Assembly (NCBI GenBank): GCA_036172245.1
Contig: JAYWIR010000036.1
Span: 1,116,001-1,180,000 of the forward strand
Direction: 5' to 3'
Origin: Raillietiella orientalis
Taxonomy: Eukaryota
Length of the DNA: 64,000 nucleotides
The position numbers and the translations under genes were made by a program. Under the pieces are notes generated by a model. It was not told the DNA's origin. It searched no databases and saw nothing but the letters and a program-made list of their open reading frames with translations. Of this stretch, positions 25,601-37,600 are shown piece by piece (position 1 is the first letter of the stretch; every line of letters begins with the position of its first letter).

Positions 25601-28600
25601 CTGCTGGACCGGAAGGCACGTGCGGCTCGTCCGACGACGAAGGGCGCGCGCCCGCATCAGGGGCCGCTCCCACTTCCCACTAGCTGCTTGCCGGAGGGCT
25701 GGCAACGTCGCTATGTGGAACCGGACGCGCCTTAGGAGGCGCAGGTCACCGGCAGCCTCAGCCCCGTAGGCAACGAGAGGGAGCAGCTGCTTTGAGAGGC
25801 TGTTCGCGCCGGAAACGCCGCGGCCACCTAAGCGAAAGGGCAAAGGATGGCAAAGAGACGCCGCGGATGGACTTGCGGAGGGCACCGGCATCATAAGGGA
25901 GGCTGGTGGGGACCGCAGGTGGAGAGAGGGTGATCGAGAGTTACCAAGGGATGGCCCTGGACGCCCACCTGGGGAACCTGCAGGAAGAACATGGAAAGAA
26001 GAAGCCTCCACGAGTTAAGGGCAGCCGCACGATTCAAACTCCAAGGAGTTCCACCACAAGGGAGCCAAGGACACTTGGCTTCCTTGTGGTGGAAGTTGGA
26101 AGACGTGTGTCCACCGCCAGCATCAAAGCAGGGATGGTAGGTTCTTCATGATGCCTCGTCAGCACGGCAACTTCATCTGCAACCCCCTTGCCTGCATCCG
26201 AAAGGGAAAGCCTCTGTTTCCCGACCTTTGATGGGTTGCTTTTCTAGTTCCCCTGTAGATGTCCACCGTAGACCCAAAAACCCTCGGCCTGAGGTCGGAG
26301 CGCGCGCGCTACAGGTCTGGGAGATCGTCTGTCTCTCCTGGGGGGCAAAGTGATTCGCGGAAGAGTGACCCAGAGAGAAATAGAAGGCACTCTTGCGATT
26401 CCACAATTTTCTGGAACGAAGCTGCGGGCTTGGGTTGAGGCTGCCACCGCAGAAGGCTGAGAGGCGGTCCTGGGAGCTGAAAGATGCGCGGCATCTGTTT
26501 GAGGAGCAGCTCGCATCTCTTTGGGTCCTACCGCAGAGGCGTCTCCGAGAGAGCTGCGGAAGCACCACGTGCTAACCGCAATCCGAAAGATCATCGTGTC
26601 GATCCCCGCTCTCCAAGCAACAGCTTCCTCCCCTCTCCTGCGTCGCAGACGGCCTTGAGTGGATTTGCGTTCGGCGCTCTTGCTGTTGCAGCCGCCCGGC
26701 ACTTGGGAGTTCGGTTCACTTTAGCTGTAACCTGTTTTGGAAGGGGATTCTGATGCGGAGCCCAGGGTGGGGACCGATTGTTGCTGACTTACGGCTGTTG
26801 ACTTTCAGCGGAGGGCCACTCGAACAATCACTCTTGGTTTTCCTCTTTTGAATGTTTGCGGCGGAGGGACGTCGTTCCCTGCTGCGATCGGGGAAAGCGA
26901 GAATGTAGGGTGAAGGGAAGCTGGCATTCAGAGCTGCCACGGGAACGCGACGGAACAAAGAGATTTCGAGGGTAAAAGGGAGAGGGGGTGGTCTCTCTGT
27001 GCGTCGTCGGCGCCTCGCCGCACTCGTATTTGTGATGGTGGCTCGCCGTGGCTTCTTTGTCGTTCCTCACCCGCGGTCCCTCGAGGGATGCCGCTTTCGT
27101 GCGGCCGAAGCGCGAATCAGATGTGCGCTTCCGTGTGCGCTGGTCTCTTCTCTCGTCTTCCTGCGGCGACCCGTGTGATTTGCCCGCTTGGAGAACGGCG
27201 CCGTTACTCTGATTCGGCGGTTTGCTGCTTGGCGTCTCACTGTCGGGACTGCCCCACATTCCGCGCCCTTCGCAGGCGTCGTGGATTCGATCTATCTGCG
27301 CCAAGGCAGGCAAGCAGGAAGACTGCTGCTTCGCCATCGGAAACCTGGTTACTGCGACCGTTGCTGCCGGCAGATTTCCAGCCGGTCCCGCAGATGAAAT
27401 TCTGTGCCCCACTCCTCTGTGAGGTCGTAGCACCCATGGACATCCACGCGTCATTGCCGACGCTCTTCCATGTCTCTTTTTTTGGGAGGGGGTTCGTGCC
27501 AGCTAGGAGTGGCAGTTGGACTTGGCGAGCCGCTGACCAAATCGAAAGGTCGATCGTTCCTCGGGGCCTCCGTTTGGCGTCCGGTCACCACAACCGACCT
27601 CCCGCGTGGATCTTGCGCGCGCCGATCCAAGAACCAACTCAAGAGTCGATCGTCGGATCTGTTCCGTCAGAACTTTGCGCGGGGATTGAGAACTAGCTGG
27701 GACCGTGGCGTGAGCTTCAGGTTGTCCCGCGCAACTTCGGCGAATTTGCCGAAGAGATCCTCTTCGAGCCGGGAGACTCCAGGAATCGGGACAGCGGCGT
27801 GCTCGGAACATTCCTTTCCGAAACGGGCTGAGCGATTCGAGGTCCCGGCAGCGCTCCTGGAGCACGTGGTGGTCTTCCTGGAGGATGGCTGCCCGAGATG
27901 CTCGTTGCTGTGGCGCGGCGGCAACGCCGCGCACGCTCGTCAGCTGTTTTGGAATTTCGCTCCAGATGGCGGCGGTTCCTCGCAACAAGCCTTGCTCACG
28001 GGCAGTATCGTAGGCGAGGAAGGCGACTGAGCCTCGATTATTGCGAGTTGAAAACTTTTCCTCGCAACAGGTGCGTGCGCTCATGACCTTGCCCGCCCTA
28101 TCAAAGACCGCAGCGGCGGGAACCCAGTCGAGAGTGTCCGGCGAAAGGGTTCTCTGAGCGAGCGAAGAGGCTTCCGCTTGCAAGCGCTTCAGCGTCCAGG
28201 GTGCTGCGGGAGGCCGGGGTGGGCGCGGCTGCCTCCGGATGCCGGCGCTCGACGGTGCCAGCAAGTTCGCGGCGGGAAGGCGGATTTTGGTCCGGGGCAC
28301 CCGGTGGTGAAAGGACATGATTCCCGACGATCCCGCTTCTCCACGATTCTAGTCGCCAATTCTCCGGCGGTGTCAGGCTGCGGACGCGAGCACTCCTCCG
28401 CGGCCAGCGAAGGGGCATTACGTAGCGACTCCCAACGATATCTTCCGACTCGCCTTTAGGGCGTTGCGAGCACGCCAGCTGCGCCGAAGGGGGCACTGCC
28501 GACTCGCTCGGCTCGGCCTTCGTGTCTCCTCCACACCGAGGAAGAAGCGGCTATGAGATCAGTGCTCGCGACTCCCTCCGTCTGCCTTGCGCACGCCTCC

Positions 28601-31600
28601 GTCTCCTCTAGGAGACGGCGTCTTCAGGAGGCGAGGGGAGCCCTTATCCGAACGCGCCCCCATTGCGATGCGGGAGAAGGATAGGCCACTCTGGGTGCGG
28701 TCGATCAGAGTGTGTCTTAGCTTCCCCGAGCCGCACACTGCCTCGAGCCCGCGGGGAATTTAGCCCTTTTCGGCCTGCCCCTAATTTCGAGATGCTGACC
28801 CGGGTGTGATGTCTCTGATGTCCGGTGCCGCATCCAGGTCGGCTAGGCGGGAGAGGGCTGCTGCTGACCGCTCGAAGGAACCCTCTGATGCAAGCGGCGA
28901 CGGCGGCACTCGAAGGAGGTTCCGATCCCTCCCCCCGGTCGGGGCGCGAAGATGGCGGCGCCTGAGGCCGCACTCGGAGACGGAGAGCGAGGCCCTAGGG
29001 GGAGAAGTCCTATGGGTGGTCCCCTCCTGACAGGTAACATGGAAGGGTCTTCAGCAGCAAGCGTGCCGGGTAGCCTTCGAAAGCGGCGCGCGTTCTTTCA
29101 GGTGACCCGGGGCGGCGTCGAGTCCGGTGCCAGTCGCGAGAAGGATAAAGGCGAAGAGGGACGGCAGTTCCTTCCCTACAAATTTCCCTCCATCTCCTCC
29201 CTCCCGATCACCTGGGAGCCTTTGCCGCAGCGCCACGTGGCGGGGGGTTCAGGGAGAGGGAGCGAAGGGTGGAGGAGACCGCCTTCGCCCTGCACGTGCG
29301 CAGCGAAACCCGAGTCGCCGACGGGCTGGAGCTGTCCTTTTTCGGGGGAGGCCGTTCCCTCCCGCGCTCTGCATCTCGCCCGGAGGTGGCAGGGTGGAGG
29401 AGCTCGGCACGACCCTTCTGCGCGCGCGCCTACGGGGCTGCTGTCTCGGAGTTTCGAGCGCAGCGTCCTTGAAAGCGAACAGACGTGCCTCCCCTTTCCC
29501 CTGCAACTGCTGTGTTCTCGCCTTGTAACTTCAGGGAACTCCTGCTTTGTTCCTTTTTCCCTCGTATCCTCCCTTTTTCATCCTGATGCAGATCACAGGC
29601 AGCTCTGGCCGGCGGAAGCGCACCCATCGAGCAGCGGTGAGCGTGAACACGAAGCATCAACCAGTGCCATCTCTCCTCAGTGCTGAGAAGCGCAACTTTT
29701 TCTGATACAGTTTTTCTCTTTTGTTTCCTCCTAGCGCTCAAACGAATGTAGATCCTTTCAAGAACGAAAAGTGAACCTGCGGGCGAGTGTCACGGAAAAT
29801 CACGTGCACGAAAAGGCGACACACTTCGCGGCTGGTTCGAGAGCAGCGCGCGTGCGGAGTGCTCGCTCCGCCATCTCCCGTGAAGTGATGGAGCTCGCAC
29901 CTCTCTTTCTCAGGGCCCGGAAGAACGAGCCCAAGACGGTTCGCAAAACCCGCGCTGCCACAGCCCGCCTGGAACGCGTCTGGGATCACGGAGTCATCCC
30001 TTACGAGATCGACGCCAACTTCAGCGGATCCCACAAAGCCCTTTTCAAGCAGGCCATGAAGCACTGGGAGAACTTCACCTGCGTCAAGTTCGTCCGGAGG
30101 ACTTCGGAGCACCCCAGCTGGATTGTCTTCACAGAAAGATCTTGCGGGTAAAGAGGCAGGACGGGCGCGACTCAAGCGCCACTCCTGCAAGAGCAAGGAG
30201 GTGGCCAAGTCTTCCTTCTGACCTCTGACCCCCTTTCTCCCCTCTCCTCTTCCCTGGAGGAAGGGGGCCGTAAATTGCCTTGCCCCAGGAACCCACGGGG
30301 ACCCCTCACGGCCTCTCGGATTCTTCCCAGGCGCCTTCCTTCCTCCTCCTCCTCGTCTTTCTTTTCCACCTCCCTAGGGGCGGGTTCCTTTCCCGGCCCT
30401 CCACCCACGCGCTGACTGACGGATGTTCCACACTTCAGCTGCTGCTCGTTCGTGGGGAAGAGAGGGGACGGGCCACAGGCCATCTCCATCGGGAAGAACT
30501 GCGACAAGTTCGGCATCGTAGTCCACGAGCTGGGCCACGTGGTCGGGTTTTGGCACGAGCACACGCGTCCTGACAGAGACGACCACGTGCAGATACTCCG
30601 GGAAAGCATCATGCCAGGTGAGAACCTCCGGGGTTAAGTCTCCACCGATGGCTTCCGGCAGTGGGGGTAGCGGCGTAGATACAGCCCTCTCCATCTACCT
30701 GCCTGCCGGCGTTCCAAACGAAGGAAGGGGAGGGGGCTGGAAAGGGGTAGCAGCGGCGACGGGCAATGGGACCATTTTTCAGGTCAGGAGTACAATTTCA
30801 ACAAGCTGGACTCCACGGAGGTCAACTCCCTCGGCCAGCGGTACGACTACGACTCCATCATGCACTACGCCAGGAACACGTTCTCCAAGGTGCGTCCTCG
30901 AAGATTCTCCGCGCCCGCGCTCACCCCTGCGCCCTCCAGAGGACCAATCTGGACACCATCCTCCCGGTTGTGACCGAGTCACCCGGCAACAAGAGGCCCG
31001 AGATAGGTCAGAGGGTGCGCCTCAGCCAAGGGGACATTGCCCAGACGAACCTGCTCTACGGATGCCCGAGTGAGTGTGCGGGGAAGACCGGGGGAGGTGG
31101 GAGGAGGGCGCAAGTCGCTGCGAGAGGCGGTGGTGAGGTGGGGGGCACCTGCTTATGCCTTCCCGTGGTTGCCTAGTCGTGACCTCGCAGCGGGCCGTAG
31201 CTGGCGCACAGCGTGCCTCATCGTCTGAGGGTTGTGGGAGCTTTGCAATCGGACCTCCAGCAGGCGCTGGCATGCAGGTGTCGCCGTCGTCGTCGTCGTC
31301 GGTGCTCTTTCCTCTCCCGGGCAGACAGAGAAAACGGGATTTGTCTGCGTTGGCAGCCGTGTGACTGCGGTCTCCGCACGTGATGCCAAGCATCGCGGGT
31401 TCGAATTCCCACTTGGAGGATGGACGCCGAGAAACGGGATCTGCGCCATGGGTTCGAGTTCTCTACGCAAGATGAAGCTGGCTGGCCCATATTCCGGTGC
31501 GGCACTGATTGACACCTGGTCACGCCGGGGCGCTTATTTCTAAACCTGCATGTCTGTATCAGGACGTTTGATCCTGCTACGTTACTTATGAATACGAAAA

Positions 31601-34600
31601 GGAACCTGCCGGAGTCTGTCACGCAGGCCAGCAGGGTGCGCCTCGGCACTGGTGGAAGCCGGAAACCCCCGTTGACTGGCCAGGATTGGAATTTGACCCT
31701 CCGGGATCCTTCTAGGTCAAGGAACACTTCGGTGTTGTTCTTCTCCGGTTGTGAAGATGGAGCCGTTCCTCAGAGGAGGCAACCTCCATCTCGTACCACG
31801 GAGCTGGTCGATTGATACCTCTCCAAAGTGTGAAGAAGAGCGCTGCTTCCTTCGGGAGCGACCCTTCAGAGAAAATCTGGAAGCATCCCTTCGGGGAGTG
31901 CCATTCGGAGGAATAACAGGGAGCAGTTCTCTTTCGGTTTCCCTCCGGAGACAACCAGGGCGAGGGTTCTCTTCGGGATCCCCCTAACGAGCGTGAGAGG
32001 AACGAACTCTTTTCTCCGGAGCCCTTCCTGAATCCACGGGGTGATCTTCTCATGGGGCACCCCCTACCACTCCCTCGGGTGAACGGTGCTCAAGAGCTTC
32101 GTGAGTCCCCAAGCGAACGGTTCTTCAAAACTCAGCGTGCTCCCCCCAAAATGGAGAGGGCAGCGAGCCAGCGCTTGTCAAAAAGAGTCGTCTCTGGCAG
32201 CGGCGGCGGTCGGGAAGCGCCCTCCATCTCTGCCACATCCGCGGTGGGGTGGGGGTGGGGGTGGGTGGGCGGGGAGAAGGAATCAGAATTCTCGCAGCGC
32301 GCTCTCTGTTTCGTCCTCGACGAGCAGCGCCTCCTCCGCGGCTGATAAAGAGGTGACCAGGATGTGCTGCCGCAGCCGTACCGGGATCGACCCCCGTTGC
32401 GTCCCTCGCTGCGTTGCCTTTCGACCTCCGATAGGCATTTCCATGACGCGGACCTTTGCTGCCGCGGCTTTGGTGGGTCGAACCGCCGAGGTCTCCCCCA
32501 CCCCCGCACACCTATTCCAGTCAGTCGGCCGATCGACGTGTCAAACTCGTGAGCGGCTACGTAGGTGGGAAGCCGCCGCTCGGCGCGGACCGAAATGACA
32601 AGAATCGCATTAATGCAAGCAGCAGCAGCAGCAATGATGTCGATAAAGATGGCAGCAGCATCGACAGTGATGGCAACCATGTCAACGGAACCATAGCAAA
32701 CAAGGGGGTGACCGTGGCAGCAAACAGTAATAACGTTAGTAACGACAGTAATAATACCGGTGATGAATACTCCATCAATTGATAGTAAAAGCAGCTCCTC
32801 CACGACACCAGCAGAGTTATGTCCAATCCGACGCGCGCTCCCCCAGGCTTTACCTACTGAGAAGGGAAGTATCACGTGGGTGCTGAGCACATGCCCGCGG
32901 CTGTCCTCGCGTGCCGCACGGCCACTTCCTGAAGTGAGCCACGGACTCTAATACCCCCCGTAAAGAGCGCGTCGAGAGTTGCGTGCGTTCGCCGCGAGAT
33001 GACTCTACGGATGGCTCGCGGCTTCGGGTGCGCATGGGTTGGACGCTCTAGCGTCCGCGACCAGATGTTCCCGAGGACTTGCTGGGGATCCGCTTCATGT
33101 CTTACAAAGTGCGGATGCCGCACTTCACGAGCATCCGGGGTGAGCGCGAAGCGAGGAAGACTCTCTCCGGTGCCCCCTTCGAGCTTGGGCAACGACCCAG
33201 GAACGCTCGGAAATGGCGTAGAAGAGCCGCTCGAAGATCAGTGGGAAGGCACGCTTGTCCACTTTACTCCTGCTCGGCATTCTTCCCAGTGTTCTCCGAA
33301 GAATACGCATGCAGTCTGAACGCGCTCTTCCTTGATGCGCAACCAGAGGTGATCGGCGAAGCAGAGGTGTGCGGACCAGAGATGCTGCGGTCCTCATCAC
33401 TTCCTTGACGTTAACGCAGTGGAAACATCTTCGAGGCTGCTGCCATGGTCGAACAAAGTGAAACGCCCCTGCCCTAGTCAAAAGAGCTCAGTCTCGACTT
33501 CCGCTCCCCGTAAAGTTTTCACAGAGGATGGCGCAAAGCACCTCTGGAGCACCATTTGCTCCTCGGCCTTTTGGCTAAAATAAAAACGTAGTCGGGGTGC
33601 GCGAGTGAAGGGCACCTGCCCACAGTACATTCGTCGCCGTTTGCCTTCGTCCCTTCCAGATAGCTCCCGTCTCCTAATGAATCCTCTCATAATCTTGTCT
33701 TGGTGCTTTTTTGTGTGTTGCCAGAGTGCGGGAGGACGTACCAGGACACCTCAGCCACGTTCACCTCCCCTTTCTTCGCCGATCTCTCCTCGCCGAAAGC
33801 GGAGTTCAGCTGCGAGTGGCGCATAAGCGCCACCCACGGAGAAAGGATTGTGCTGAACATCACGGAGCTGGACATAACAGCAAGCGAAGACTGCAGCCTT
33901 TCGTACTTGGAAGTGCAGGATGGTTACTGGCACCGGTCTCAGGTCTTGGGTGCGTATGTGTCCGCCCGCCGCCTTCGGGGGCGCTTGGCGGTTGGCCGTT
34001 CCCGGAAGCTCCGAAGCGGTCCCAACACTGGACCTCGCCCTAGCCGCAGCCGCGAGGTTCGCGACCCGCGCTCTTATCGAACTCTTTGTCATGCGGGGAC
34101 GCTGTGCTCTTCCGCTGTCTTTTCGTCGGCCACGGCATCCAGGAAGCAACCTCAAAGGTGTCCTGAAAGCTTCGCTTTCGGGCTCTGTTCTGGTCTTCAG
34201 CCCGCCTGGCTTTGTCTGCTCCAGGTCTCCGGGTGGTATGAAAGGTGGCGCCAATTTTCGCGTGCTCGTCCTCCGCACCTCAGCGCTTATGATGCGGTCT
34301 TGGTAACACGTCAGACGTACTTTCTTCACTCATCTTTTCTGATCTCTCCCTCGAGGTACAGCCATTTGTTCCTCCTGGAGCTCTGTGGTCCCCGGTGCTA
34401 TGGTTTCTGAATCTCGGGCTCTCCAGCCATTAATCTGCCTTTCTTCATCTCCCCGGGAATACTCTTTTATCAGATGCTCCCCAAGTTCCAATACCAGGGT
34501 CTCAGTGCTCCAAGAAAAAGGACTTCATCTCGCGCTATCGATTTTGCGCGGGCCAAACATCTCTCATTCCGTCTTTCGCATCATGGCTCTCGGGTCCCCG

Positions 34601-37600
34601 CGTCTCGTTCCGACCCTATGAGCATAGGTGAAGAAGAAGAGGTGAAGAGGCAGAAAGTTCCCTTCGACGTGCAGTGCCGTGGAACATCTGCCAGCTCCTG
34701 CCCCTGAAGTTCTGAAAGCTTCGCGTCTCGGCGTGCCTTTCGAAAACGACAAATTGGAGTTCCGGGGCTTCCCGCCAGAAGAAGAAGATTTCAGCATCCA
34801 CGGTGATTGGAGTTCCAGTGACTCCTACACTCGATGGCATCACTCTCACGAAGACGTAGCTTTAGACGTCTTCTTTCGAGAGCTCCATTTTGGCCTGCTC
34901 GTGGTGGATCACGCTCCTCTGGTGCGATTCGCCTACCTGATGGTCTTGCTGCCCGATCCCTCCTCATGCCGCCTGTCATCCTGCCTGGAGGCTTACGCAG
35001 TACACGTGAGCAAGCTGGCAGCTCTCCCCAAGGATGAGGAAGGTTGCTTGGGAGAGAGAGAGGGTAGAAAAGGCAAAAGGATCTCCTCTGATCGTGAAAG
35101 ACACACTTCTTTCGGGAACAGGTGACTTTCTTCTTTGCTATTCCTTCAGCGAGGCACGAGGTTTCCCGACCGGGGATCGCTGAGTGGTCACGTGGGTTTT
35201 CGAGATGAACCACTCGTCCGCGCATCCTGTGCAAGAATGACCCCTTTTTCCTCTGTCCGGGCGAGCTCTTCCCAGTGACAGAGCCGCCCTTGGCGCACTC
35301 CCGTGATCTTGGCTTTCCAGACGGAGAGACCTTCCATGTGGCGTACCGAGAACCTCCCAGCTTCGATAGCGTCAAGTCCTCCTAGGGAAATGCTCGGTTA
35401 CAGATTTTGCTTACCCTTTGGGGAATGCAGCATGCGCTCAGGGATGCCGATTTCTCCTCAGATCTTTCTCGTTTCATAAGCACGGCTCGACCGGAATGGT
35501 TGACTCCTGCCTTCTCCTCAACTCTGGTCTCGTGGACAGCCAGGCTTGGGCACGCTGGAGTTACGGTCCACCAGCTTCTTTCTCATGGGCGTTCCTGTAG
35601 CATGTTTTTCCTTCCAGGAATTGCATTCCTCTGATCCTAGATTCAGGCTGAAATGCCACTCTTGTTGCGGGACGGGAACCTTTACTGTCCGCTTCCGTGC
35701 CGCAGGGGCATCTCATCAGTCCACATGCTAAAAGCTCTTTTTCGTGTACACCGCTACCTGGACTGCTAGAAGGCGCGTTTAGGGACCCTAGTGCAAAGGG
35801 AGTGCGTGCGCCGCCATTCATGTCACGTGGAGGCCCCACATCGGCTGGTTGTCTCATTTCTTTTTCCTCAGGCGGATGGCCACCCCCACTCCTCCGTCCG
35901 CCTCGGGGGATGCCTCGAAATCGGGAGTTCTTCCAAGGGAGACGTTTCTCGAGAGCGTATATCGCAAGCTGCCGTTTCTCTCCACGGAATGCGCGCCCCA
36001 CCTTGCGGTTCCAGACCAGGATGTCGACTCCCAGACTGATCGTGGAGTGCAGCCCCACACTCCACGATCCGTGACCTGTGTCTCGACCCATGGCAGGCAG
36101 ATTCTGTCCAATCGCTCCCCCAGTGACAGATGCTGCTTCTCGCTGTTGCCTCGGGGGCTCCTTTAGTGTTTCTACTGTCCCCTTGCCTCGAATTTCCGTC
36201 CAGCGTTTCCTCTGGCCTCGAAGCGCGATTGCTGCTGTCCACTTGGCAGGTGCAGCGGCCCCAAATCGCTCTCTTACTCTTTCACACCTCCGAGGTACCG
36301 AATGAGATGAGAGCAGTTCGGGTTCTTCCCCAGGTGTGGGTGGATTAGCGACTCGAAGAGCGCCGCTTTTCCATTCCCCACGCCGTAGATTAGAACGGTC
36401 CGAGCAGCAGTCCCGTTGGCTCTCGGATGGGGTTCGCGAAGTTCGCGGAGCCACACTCCCTTCTCTTTCGTGCTGTCCCTACTCTTTTCAACAGTTGGGG
36501 AGCCGCAGGGCACGAGACGAGGCGTCCCCTTGGGGGAGTCCAAAAAACCGTCGCATCCGGTTTGGGCCAGGTCGCCTGCTGCCCCTGGGACGATTCTTGG
36601 GTCGAATTTACATTTCACAGAGTGGCTTTGCTCTTCTCTTCCTCCTCCTTCTCTCCTCTTCCCTTCTTGAAGGGGAGAGGCTGTCTTTTGTTTTCTTGCC
36701 AATGGTCACTCCTTCGACACTCCGGGATCCTTATTCCTTTCTGGGGACAAAACCAATGTCACAACTGGGGGCGGCGTGCATCCTGGGGTGTCAGGAAAGC
36801 ATTTGCGCGTAGGCTGCATCTTCCCCGCACTTCTAAAATGGCAAAGAAGGAAGGCCGGAAAAGGGAGGAACGAAGCGAAATGGCGCCGGGGGCCTCGTGC
36901 CGAGGGTCATCTTCCGGCGGCCTTCTCCGGAAGGGGGGCTTCCACTCCACGCGCCTATTTGCAATGCGCGAAGGCGAGCGGCACCAACGAAAGCCTCCGT
37001 GCGCATCCCAGCAACTGGCTCGGCAACAGTCCGGTCGCCTGATGAGAGTCTTTTCCCCCCTCCCCCAGGAAGGTTCTGCGGCAAGAGTCAGGTCAACTCC
37101 CTGCTAATCTCCACCGGCAACCGGTTACGAGTGCTTTATGTAGCAGACGCTAGTCATTCCCACAAAGGCTTCTCCGCATCTTACGAAGGTAAGGGACTGC
37201 CGCCGCTTGGTTGGGTTGAGGGCGGGGAGGGAGGACAGTTTGCTGGCACCGCCCCATGAACGCTTCCGAAAATACGAGTGCCTGAAAGACAGATAGTAGA
37301 CAAAAATGGCTACGCCCACTTCACTCCACCATTTTTTTTTCTTTTTTTGAGGAGGGGAAGGGAGGGGAGCACTTCGAACGAAGTTCCCACTGCTTCCCCG
37401 CCGAATTCCTTAGTCTTCGGAAAGCCTGCTTTAAGGACATCCGCTACGACGCATCGTCAAGGCATGCCTTTCTTTGAAGAGAGCAGCTGCAAAAAGTCTC
37501 ACGGCGGCGGAGGCGGTGGTAGCCGCAAGCTGCGCAGTTCGATTTCAACGCTCTCTTCCGCGCTATGAGGGCTGCAAGAGGGCGCGTCCGAGGACCACGA

